Shown in pieces: positions 40,832 to 48,564 of a stretch of 64,000 nucleotides of DNA. The DNA is from a virus: positions 2,675 to 66,674 of IMG/VR virus record IMGVR_UViG_3300028559_002342; one strand, given 5' to 3'. The position numbers and the translations under genes are program-made. The first letter of the stretch is position 1, and each line of letters starts with the position of its first letter. The notes below the pieces were generated by a model that did no database searches, was not told the origin of the DNA, and worked only from the letters and a program-made list of their open reading frames with translations.

Positions 40832-41023
40832 ATGGCTAAAAAGAATATGAAGAGCAAAAAGAAGGTTGCCTATAAGAAGGTGGATGAGAGTGCGGAAATA
40901 ATTAACTTTCTTAAGTCTATTTCTCAAAAAAATTATTCTGAGGCTAATAAATATTTACAGAACGTCATTGACTCCAAGATCAAATCTAAGATCGGTGTCG
41001 CTCTAAAAGAAAAACTTTTTTAA
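40832..41023 (+). CDS. Small prohead core protein
   Basis: Lies between gp21 and gp22; ATAAATA-N5-ATG. Confidence 0.6.
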   Translation: MAKKNMKSKKKVAYKKVDESAEIINFLKSISQKNYSEANKYLQNVIDSKIKSKIGVALKEKLF

Positions 41024-41026
41024 TTT

Positions 41027-41911
41027 ATGGAAAACAACATCACAAAAGTATTGAGAGAAGCCACTAAGGATATCCTCACAGAGGATGTGCTCAAGGAAAT
41101 AGAAGCAGCTTTTGATAGCACTGTCAATGAAAGAGTGCAGATTCATGTTGAAAAGGCTCTGTCTGAACAAGATGCTGATTATTCTAAAAAGCTAGAGACA
41201 TTAGTGGAAGCCATTGACACTGACCATACTAACAAATTAAAGAAAGTTGTTGAAGCTGTTGATTCTGATCGTGCCAACAAACTCAAGGCAGTGATTAAGA
41301 AGTATGAAACAGCTCTTAACAAAGAAGCAGTAAATTTCAAAGAAACCATTGTGGAGCAAGTTAGCAAATATCTAGACATCTACCTTGAAGAAAAACTTCC
41401 TTTAACTGATGTTAAAGAAGCTGTGAAGAACAAGAAGGCCTTGGCTGTTCTTGAAAGTCTTCGCTCAACACTTTCCGTGGATATGGCATTGTCGAAAGAT
41501 ACTATTCGTGATGCCATAGTAGATGGAAAGAAAAGAATAGATGAAGCTGCTGGCCAGCTTGAAGCTGCGAACAAATCTGTCGCAAAATTATCTGAGGAAA
41601 ATAAAAAAATGTCTGCCTCTTTGTTATTAGAGACTAAGATCAGAAGTCTTAGCGATGATAAAAAGGTGTACATGAAGAAATTACTTGGATCTAAATCTGC
41701 AGAGTTTATCAAAGAAAATTTTGATTACACTCTGAAGTTGTTTGAAAAGACAGAAGATGAGCGGCTGACAAATCTAAAGAATGAAGCTACCGCTGAGACC
41801 ATGGCCACCACAGTGGATCGTCCAGTTATTGAAGAGAGCTTGAATTCTGTTGAGCAAACTGAGAATGAGCCTTCATTTGGCTTGTATCTCAATGAACTCA
41901 AAAAGTACTAA
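41027..41911 (+). CDS. 22: Prohead scaffold protein
   Basis: Acidic coiled-coil protein immediately upstream of the major capsid gene. Confidence 0.8.
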   Translation: MENNITKVLREATKDILTEDVLKEIEAAFDSTVNERVQIHVEKALSEQDADYSKKLETLVEAIDTDHTNKLKKVVEAVDSDRANKLKAVIKKYETALNKEAVNFKETIVEQVSKYLDIYLEEKLPLTDVKEAVKNKKALAVLESLRSTLSVDMALSKDTIRDAIVDGKKRIDEAAGQLEAANKSVAKLSEENKKMSASLLLETKIRSLSDDKKVYMKKLLGSKSAEFIKENFDYTLKLFEKTEDERLTNLKNEATAETMATTVDRPVIEESLNSVEQTENEPSFGLYLNELKKY

Positions 41912-41994
41912 TTTCGTAAGATTTGTTAAGAGTACATATACTCTGAACAGTAGAAAACGGTCGACATATAAAATTGTTAAGGATTTATAAATAA

Positions 41995-43485
41995 ATGGCT
42001 AAACAAATTCGTCCTACACAGGCTTACATTGATGAGTCTCGCGCTAAGGTGCTTCTCGAGAAGTGGGGTCCAGTATTGGATTACACCTCCGATAACGTCC
42101 GCGCAATTGAAGACGATCATACCCGGTTAAATACCGCCATTCTTTTGGAAAACCAAGAGAAATGGTGCTTTGAAGCCCACGGCAACAACAGTGCTGGTGG
42201 TTCAGGGTCTGTATTTAATCAAGCTGGAGCTGGTGCACCTAATGTAGGTGGCACTGGTGGTAACTTCGGTAATACCGATAGTTATGCAGCAAATGATACA
42301 CGTCTCCCTAAGATACTCATTCCAATGATCCGCCGTACGTTCCCTGAGTTGATCACCAACGAAATCGTTGGCGTTCAGCCCATGAGCGGTCCAGTAGGTC
42401 TCGCTTTTGCCCTCCGTTATAAGTACGAAGCTGATGCTCTAGGTTCCCAGATTAATTCTGGGGATGGCGCACCAGGAGTAAGTGGCCCAACCCAAGGTTG
42501 GACCAACGCTTCTGATGGTGCTGAACTAGGCTATCAATACCTCGACACCAGATTCACTGGCGCATCCACCACAGCCCTCACAGGCTTAGGAACTGGAAGC
42601 GACTTTGATATTCTTGGTCAAGATCGAGGTGTTGCTGCTGCATTAGCTAGTTTCGAGCTTACATCCAAGATTCCACAGATACTCGTCTCTTTCGAGAAGA
42701 CGGCTGTTGAAGCTGGGACCCGTAGACTCGCCGCTCGCTGGTCGGTTGAATTAGAGCAGGATCTTAAGAATATGAATGGCATCGATATCGATACCGAACT
42801 CACTAACGCTATGTCGTATGAGTTGCAGGCCGAAATTGATCGCGAAATGATTATTCGTATGATCCAAACCGCTCTAAACGCCGGTCTTGGAACAGGCTTC
42901 TCAGTCTGGTCCCCACTCTCGGCCGATGGCCGTTGGTTGGTTGAGCGTAATCGTGACTTCTATCAGAGGTTAATCATCGAAGCTAATCGTATTGCAGTTC
43001 GTAATCGTCGTGGTGCTGCCAACTTTGTTGTTGCTACACCTCGCGTTTGCGCAATCTTGGAAATGCTCCCTGAATTTCAGTGGGTGCCTGTCCAGGGTAA
43101 TGTCAATACACAGCCCGTCGGTGTTGCAAAAGTAGGCTCATTGGGTGGCAGGTTTAACGTTTATCGCGATACACGTACAGAAGCGCAAGCTGAAGCAAAG
43201 ACAGGGAATTTCCCTACCGGTGCAACACGCGACCGGCGCCTTGAGTACGCCCTCCTTGGTTACAAGGGTCCTGAATTTTACGACACTGGTATCATCTATT
43301 GTCCGTATATTCCGGTCATGGTTCAGAGAACTATTGGTCCTAATGATTTCTCCCCTCGTGTTGGTCTATTAACCCGTTATGGCGTTGTAGACAACATCTT
43401 TGGAGCAAATCTTTACTACCACGTAATTATTCTGAAGAATCTCGGTACTGCGTTTACACCTGGAACTCAAGCGGTTTACTTCTAA
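41995..43485 (+). CDS. 23: Major capsid protein
   Basis: LLEKWGPVL, ILLENQ, GVQPMSGPVGLAF, ELEQDL, EIDRE, YCPYIP and GLLTRYG motifs. Confidence 0.97.
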   Translation: MAKQIRPTQAYIDESRAKVLLEKWGPVLDYTSDNVRAIEDDHTRLNTAILLENQEKWCFEAHGNNSAGGSGSVFNQAGAGAPNVGGTGGNFGNTDSYAANDTRLPKILIPMIRRTFPELITNEIVGVQPMSGPVGLAFALRYKYEADALGSQINSGDGAPGVSGPTQGWTNASDGAELGYQYLDTRFTGASTTALTGLGTGSDFDILGQDRGVAAALASFELTSKIPQILVSFEKTAVEAGTRRLAARWSVELEQDLKNMNGIDIDTELTNAMSYELQAEIDREMIIRMIQTALNAGLGTGFSVWSPLSADGRWLVERNRDFYQRLIIEANRIAVRNRRGAANFVVATPRVCAILEMLPEFQWVPVQGNVNTQPVGVAKVGSLGGRFNVYRDTRTEAQAEAKTGNFPTGATRDRRLEYALLGYKGPEFYDTGIIYCPYIPVMVQRTIGPNDFSPRVGLLTRYGVVDNIFGANLYYHVIILKNLGTAFTPGTQAVYF

Positions 43486-43545
43486 TTGAAGTACATCGGT
43501 TAAGAACAAAGAAAACGTTTCACCTGGTAAGTCCCAGGAAGTTTC

Positions 43546-43578
43546 AAAAAAAGGGCCTCTTGCGAGGCCCTTTTTTTT
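43546..43578 (+). terminator. Intrinsic terminator after the major capsid gene
   Basis: A7-GGGCCTC-TTGC-GAGGCCC-T8. Confidence 0.9.
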
Positions 43579-43621
43579 ATAATATACACTAAAAAACACA
43601 ATCAAAAGAATAAATAATTTT

Positions 43622-43981
43622 ATGCCATCCACAGTATTTTCTAATCAAGTAGCTAATCCAAATGCAACAGACCCTACGTCTTTAAATCTTTCATTAACAT
43701 CTAATGGTGTTACCATTGATTCCTTTGGTAACCAGGTTAATTCTATTCTTTTTAATGATACATCAAAAACTCTAACAGGTATTCTTGTAGGATTAACAGT
43801 TAATGGCTGCACTATCAGAGTTGATCAAGCTTACAATGATGTTCAATTTGCCGTGTTAAGTGCAAATGGTGCTTCTACTTTGTTCACATGTGTAACAAGC
43901 ACAGCAGCACAAACAGGTACTTTCAATGGCTTTGACACAGTGGGTCCAGAGAAGATTCGCATGTGGAATCTTAACGGTTAA
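43622..43981 (+). CDS. Small beta-rich virion protein (possible capsid decoration)
   Basis: ATAAATA-N5-ATG; Thr/Ser/Asn-rich; follows gp23. Confidence 0.55.
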   Translation: MPSTVFSNQVANPNATDPTSLNLSLTSNGVTIDSFGNQVNSILFNDTSKTLTGILVGLTVNGCTIRVDQAYNDVQFAVLSANGASTLFTCVTSTAAQTGTFNGFDTVGPEKIRMWNLNG

Positions 43982-44902
43982 TTACTGACGAACTGTTTTG
44001 GTAAAGTACTTGTACTTGTCCCACATGGCACTATTTTGTGCCAGCAGCTCCTGACTACTGGCACGGATAGGATTGATGTCAATACCGCCACGACGCACAT
44101 ACATGCATGCCACCATCAACTCTTCTGGCTTGGTCAAATCATGCAACCGCTTGTATATGGTTTCACATATTTCTTCATGAAAATGGCATTCATCACGGAA
44201 TGAAACTATGTATTGCAACAAAGAGGTTTGATTGAGTTCACATGGTCCTTTATAATGAATGTAAACATCACCCCAATCTGGTTGGGATGTGACCCTGCAA
44301 TTGCTCTTTAACAGGGCTGAATGAAATCGTTGCACCTTGTTTGTGTCACTGTGCATCCATCCAAGTAATGCAGGATCTTCTTTATAGCCTCTGGATTTGA
44401 TGGACGTCACATCAATGTTATTCTCCAGTGTAGGATATGCAGCACTTGGAAACAAGGGTGGATAGTGCATTGCATCATCAACAGCTTTGGTAAGGCGTAC
44501 ATAGACCTGCACATCAGTTTCTAATAGAGTGGATAGATCCTTGGCAATCACCTGTTCCAGTTGCTGCAAAGCACTCACTATGTTGCCACTGTATTTCTCC
44601 ATGTTGAAAGAATTCATGTACAGCTTGATGGATTTGGACTCCACAATGTATTTGTTGGTTGCAGGATACACAATCTTGGCAATGGCAGCAATGGGCATGC
44701 CGTCAGTTGTCAAACAAGACACTTCATAAGCATTCCAAATGTCATACCCCACAAAGGGTGGTGCATCATCAGATATGTGCAGATGCTTGCGATTGTTGGC
44801 TCTGGGTTCACGCACCAACAGAGAAGGATCATAGGTGCACTTGTAGCCTGTTATTTTACCCAAATGTTTTGATATGTTACTGTTATCTAATTCCGTATTC
44901 AT
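43982..44902 (-). CDS. queF: preQ0 reductase, bimodular (type II)
   Basis: DIWNAYEVS, VESKSIKLY, LLKSNC..T.QPDWG, FHE and RRGGIDINP motifs. Confidence 0.93.
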   Translation of the reverse strand: MNTELDNSNISKHLGKITGYKCTYDPSLLVREPRANNRKHLHISDDAPPFVGYDIWNAYEVSCLTTDGMPIAAIAKIVYPATNKYIVESKSIKLYMNSFNMEKYSGNIVSALQQLEQVIAKDLSTLLETDVQVYVRLTKAVDDAMHYPPLFPSAAYPTLENNIDVTSIKSRGYKEDPALLGWMHSDTNKVQRFHSALLKSNCRVTSQPDWGDVYIHYKGPCELNQTSLLQYIVSFRDECHFHEEICETIYKRLHDLTKPEELMVACMYVRRGGIDINPIRASSQELLAQNSAMWDKYKYFTKTVRQ

Positions 44903-45461
44903 TAAGTTTTATTTTAATTGCTTGCATGCGTTCTTCCACTGTTCCTTTTAAAATAGTTATTTTTCCTTTTAACCGCTCATCCTTAAGCCAGCAATTTTCA
45001 TATGAATCAATAATTGCATCCCTGAATTCTTTATTTGTACTTCTCTCACCATCATCCTCCAGAGGCACATCATGAGGACTTGGATAAAAGATATGATCAT
45101 ATCTGTGAATATGATTCACATAGTACATGAGACCCAGACTATTTGATACAGGAAAATCTTTTGGCTTATTATAAGCAAAGTAACTCGTATAGATCATGCC
45201 ATCCATCAGGCAGCGATCATGCAGTGTACCCTCGAACTTGCTCAACTTGTAATTGAACATCAAATTCTCAAATTCTTTATTCAATATTAGAGTTTGAGTC
45301 ACATCATTTGCTCCTGACTCATTCATATCAACCCCATACTCGCGGCTAATCAATCTTGTGACTTCATCCACATACCATAACTTGGAACCATAGAACAGTT
45401 TGCACTCCTTGAGCAGAGTAGTCTTGCCTGAACACTGAGGACCTGTGAAAGTGAATATCAT
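44883..45461 (-). CDS. P-loop nucleotide kinase (AAA_28-like)
   Basis: TGPQCSGKTT, DRCLMD and DDGER motifs. Confidence 0.75.
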   Translation of the reverse strand: MIFTFTGPQCSGKTTLLKECKLFYGSKLWYVDEVTRLISREYGVDMNESGANDVTQTLILNKEFENLMFNYKLSKFEGTLHDRCLMDGMIYTSYFAYNKPKDFPVSNSLGLMYYVNHIHRYDHIFYPSPHDVPLEDDGERSTNKEFRDAIIDSYENCWLKDERLKGKITILKGTVEERMQAIKIKLNEYGIR

Positions 45462-45628
45462 TTGCGTCGCAACAAGGAAGTATACTCTATCTCCAGGTCA
45501 TACACAAGCTTTTTAAACATTTTTATTTCTTCCTTAAGAATTTTGTTCTCTTGCATGATCATGTCATAATCTTTCTCTAGCTGTTTCACCTTGCCATTCC
45601 ATGCCCGCCATGCATTCATTAATGACAT
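45458..45628 (-). CDS. Small coiled-coil protein (56 aa)
   Basis: Manual translation MSLMNAWRAW...LLRRK*; its stop overlaps the next start. Confidence 0.5.
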   Translation of the reverse strand: MSLMNAWRAWNGKVKQLEKDYDMIMQENKILKEEIKMFKKLVYDLEIEYTSLLRRK

Positions 45629-45632
45629 ACAG

Positions 45633-45830
45633 TTATTTCATAATGCCAAACACTTTAAGTGCAATGAGCATGGATAACCAGAAGCCGGTGAATGATGACA
45701 AGGTGCGCAACAGTTCCATCTTATGATTATGAAAATCGAGCAACACTTCAAAATCGCTTCTTAATTTGTTCTGTTTCATTAATTTACGCAATTGTTTTTT
45801 TGGAAGCTTGTTAATGTTAATAAGATTCAT
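45633..45830 (-). CDS. Small membrane protein
   Basis: Hydrophobic C-terminal helix; lies within the operon. Confidence 0.55.
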   Translation of the reverse strand: MNLININKLPKKQLRKLMKQNKLRSDFEVLLDFHNHKMELLRTLSSFTGFWLSMLIALKVFGIMK

Positions 45831-46178
45831 TCATTTGCCCCATTTGCCATTATACACTATTTCTGCAATAATGCCATACACTGCAGAATCTCTGAATGCA
45901 TCCATGACTGGCTCATTGGCAGAGTTCATGTCTTTTTTCTTCAAGACCAAATTGATCAATCGCTGTATCTTGTCATTGAGTCGCACCACAACTGCAGATA
46001 TGGCAGCAAATATGTCCTCTTGTTTGACTAAATCTGAACCCAGAGAAATATTTCCTGGACCGTAATCAAATTGCTTTCTGCAAAACGTTTCATATAGCTC
46101 TGCCTGTATCTTGTGAAACTCTTTACACGTTTCCGGGAAATTTTTTTCCACGTACTTGATGGCATCATCCTTATTCAC
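45831..46178 (-). CDS. Nucleotide-modification-associated domain 1 (DUF1599-like; MazG/dUTPase-like helical fold)
   Basis: KQFDYG..NI, RLNDKIQRL and E...DAF.D..VYGII motifs. Confidence 0.75.
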   Translation of the reverse strand: MNKDDAIKYVEKNFPETCKEFHKIQAELYETFCRKQFDYGPGNISLGSDLVKQEDIFAAISAVVVRLNDKIQRLINLVLKKKDMNSANEPVMDAFRDSAVYGIIAEIVYNGKWGK

Positions 46179-47146
46179 AATCGTACTCCATGAGATACTT
46201 TATTTAAATTTAAAGCACCCAGATTGCAACCACCTGCATAACTAATAGCGCTCTGCAAGTCTTGCCTTATCTCTTCCATTTTTTCAAGATATGTGAAGGC
46301 ATCCGTGTCCATGAGCTTCATTGTACCTTCAATATTCTTTTTTTCAATCTTATTGTGTGCACTGGCTGATCCAAAGTACTGTTTGTAGCGTCTGCCATTT
46401 GCATCCTTTACAAGCGGTGCCGGGCTGTCTGAACATGCAGCAAATATGGAACCGCACATCACCATGCTGGCACCTGCCACAAGAGCTTTGGCAATATCAC
46501 CATTGCAGCGCACACCGCCATCTGCAATGATGGGTATGTCTCTATCCCTGGCGCACTCTATGATGCAACTAAACATGGGGTATGTAAACCCTGTCTTATC
46601 TTTGGTTGTGCAGGCATACCCACCACCAACGCCCACCTTCACTGCATCTGCACCTGCACTGTGCAAGTATTCAACACCTGTGAAAGTAGCAACATTACCA
46701 GCAATAATTTTTGTATCTGGTAGGCTCTGCTTGATGTGTTTGATCTGATCAGCAACCTTGGAGTGATGACCATGAGCCACATCTATGGTGATAAAATCAA
46801 CACGAAGATGCCGATTAGCCAATTCAGTAATGATGGTAGCATCCTTGGATTGTGTGCCAACACTAATAGAGATGGTCTTGAGATCACCCATCCAGGCTCT
46901 GTTGTTGGCATCTTCAACAAACTTAACGATATCAACATTAAACCGATGCATGATGTAAAAATAATTGTCCTGATCCAGCATTTTGCAAATATCAAAATCA
47001 ATGCAGCACTTCATGTTGGCTGGTACCACAGGTAGCTTGAACCGCTTGCCACAAAGCATCACATCTGTATCAATTTCAGCTCTGGATTGAATGGAATTAA
47101 AATTCGGTTTGAGAAAAATATTCCCATAGTGTAGAGATATGTCCAT
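46175..47146 (-). CDS. guaC: GMP reductase
   Basis: PANM, MHRF, IDVAHGH, IAGNV, KVGVGGGYACTT, ADGG and YFGSAS motifs; no CBS domains. Confidence 0.88.
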   Translation of the reverse strand: MDISLHYGNIFLKPNFNSIQSRAEIDTDVMLCGKRFKLPVVPANMKCCIDFDICKMLDQDNYFYIMHRFNVDIVKFVEDANNRAWMGDLKTISISVGTQSKDATIITELANRHLRVDFITIDVAHGHHSKVADQIKHIKQSLPDTKIIAGNVATFTGVEYLHSAGADAVKVGVGGGYACTTKDKTGFTYPMFSCIIECARDRDIPIIADGGVRCNGDIAKALVAGASMVMCGSIFAACSDSPAPLVKDANGRRYKQYFGSASAHNKIEKKNIEGTMKLMDTDAFTYLEKMEEIRQDLQSAISYAGGCNLGALNLNKVSHGVRL

Positions 47147-47147
47147 G

Positions 47148-47720
47148 TTACTGTTCAAGAATTCTAAACGCAGTAAAGAAACTCTTCCAAAGATCCAGTG
47201 CAGTGACACGCAGGGCACCATACACCTCACTTAACGTCTTATTTTTTATATCTATGCCTTGACTCATTAGTATTTCTCCTTCATCCACCCCTGGTGTGAC
47301 TCTGTGAATAACACAACCAGCCACATCATATCCCTCTGTAAAAGCTCTCTGTTGTGGATTGAACCCCTTCAATGAGGGAAATTTATCAATGAGCCCTGGA
47401 TGTAAATTATAGATTTCATATTTTTCACATATTTGTTTAGGAATAATTCTCAGATAGCCATGCAGTGTTACAATCGGATTATTATACCTGGATAAAACAT
47501 TCTCATAATTTACCACACTTGGTTTGGGTGGCAAATGCTGCCAGCAATGCATCATGTTGAGCTTGGTTGCCCTGAAAGTGGTCAACTCAACAAGCTTCTG
47601 ATTAACGCCATCATTGTCGTGTTTGTTGTGCACAACACAATCAGGATAGACACCAAGTGCATTACTGAGATCATATATCTCAGTGCCCGTTTGCGAGAAA
47701 AATGTTACCCAAGGTCTCAT
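47148..47720 (-). CDS. PurN-like formyltransferase (candidate preQ1 formyltransferase, DpdN-like)
   Basis: FSQTG, LHGYLRI, NLHPGL and GCVIHRV..GVDEG motifs; adjacent to the DpdA-like gene. Confidence 0.8.
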   Translation of the reverse strand: MRPWVTFFSQTGTEIYDLSNALGVYPDCVVHNKHDNDGVNQKLVELTTFRATKLNMMHCWQHLPPKPSVVNYENVLSRYNNPIVTLHGYLRIIPKQICEKYEIYNLHPGLIDKFPSLKGFNPQQRAFTEGYDVAGCVIHRVTPGVDEGEILMSQGIDIKNKTLSEVYGALRVTALDLWKSFFTAFRILEQ

Positions 47721-48523
47721 CTGCGAATAATCTTCTTAAACATTGTAGTATTATATTTTACAAGATCAAGTTGATCATCAGTGAAGATATGTTCAATCAA
47801 GTCGGCTAGCTTTGTTGCAGGCTTGCTCTGCAAGCCATAATCTGCATCATATTTTAACCCATTGATGGCTGCAACAATGGGGTTGCTGGTATCACAACTT
47901 ACAATGTTGTAGATATTTTTATCCACATAAAATCTAAATTCTTTAGCTAGAGAGCATCCCAGCAGGTGATGTGGTTTGTTCCATTCCCAAATTCCTGACT
48001 CAATTAAATCTGTAATAAATCTTTGTCTACCAGAACAAAACCGCTCCAGTTCTGTATTGCCCTCTCCAATGGCTTGATAGTAACTAAAGTCAAAGCTTAT
48101 TGCAATCATGTCAGCTTCATATGACATGAAACGATAGCAATTCTTTAATTCCTGCCAACATTTGCCTTGCACTGCACCTATGGATTTTGTTAAAAAAGAG
48201 CTTTGCAGGTCTTTGGCTTTGTCTCTGAACCCCAGGTAGCTGACCATAGTCTCTTGTGAGTTCTCCAGAACATCTGGTATGATGAACATGTTGGGCTGCA
48301 GATCTTTAGCAGCTTCATAAAACATCTGTGGGTCAAAGGACTTGCCAAGTTCAAATATTGAGTTGTCGAGTAGCACTTCTCTGTTGTATACATGTCTGGC
48401 AGACTTGAAGTAATTGTAATAATCTGGATAACGTTCAAATAGATGCACTAATGCATAGTCAAAATCATTGTATGACTTGGATGCAGGTAATATGGATAAG
48501 GGAGATTCGTGGGATACTTTCAT
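47717..48523 (-). CDS. TGT/DpdA-like TIM-barrel base-exchange enzyme
   Basis: LLDNS, PDV, AVQG, HHLLG and SCDTS mirror the DSG/PD/HxLG/SxDS motifs of transglycosylases; que-gene context. Confidence 0.65.
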   Translation of the reverse strand: MKVSHESPLSILPASKSYNDFDYALVHLFERYPDYYNYFKSARHVYNREVLLDNSIFELGKSFDPQMFYEAAKDLQPNMFIIPDVLENSQETMVSYLGFRDKAKDLQSSFLTKSIGAVQGKCWQELKNCYRFMSYEADMIAISFDFSYYQAIGEGNTELERFCSGRQRFITDLIESGIWEWNKPHHLLGCSLAKEFRFYVDKNIYNIVSCDTSNPIVAAINGLKYDADYGLQSKPATKLADLIEHIFTDDQLDLVKYNTTMFKKIIRR

Positions 48524-48564
48524 AGCATAATTATATTATACTTGTAAATAATACATATATCAAC

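Noticed and set aside
41940-41965. Possible hammerhead ribozyme (CTGA...GAAA...GTC) in the gp23 leader
   Set aside because: The CUGANGA core and the required three stems are not present.
47148-47720. Ordinary purine-biosynthesis purN auxiliary gene
   Set aside because: No other pur genes are in the window and the gene lies between a DpdA-like gene and queF. A modification role fits better, though it is unproven.
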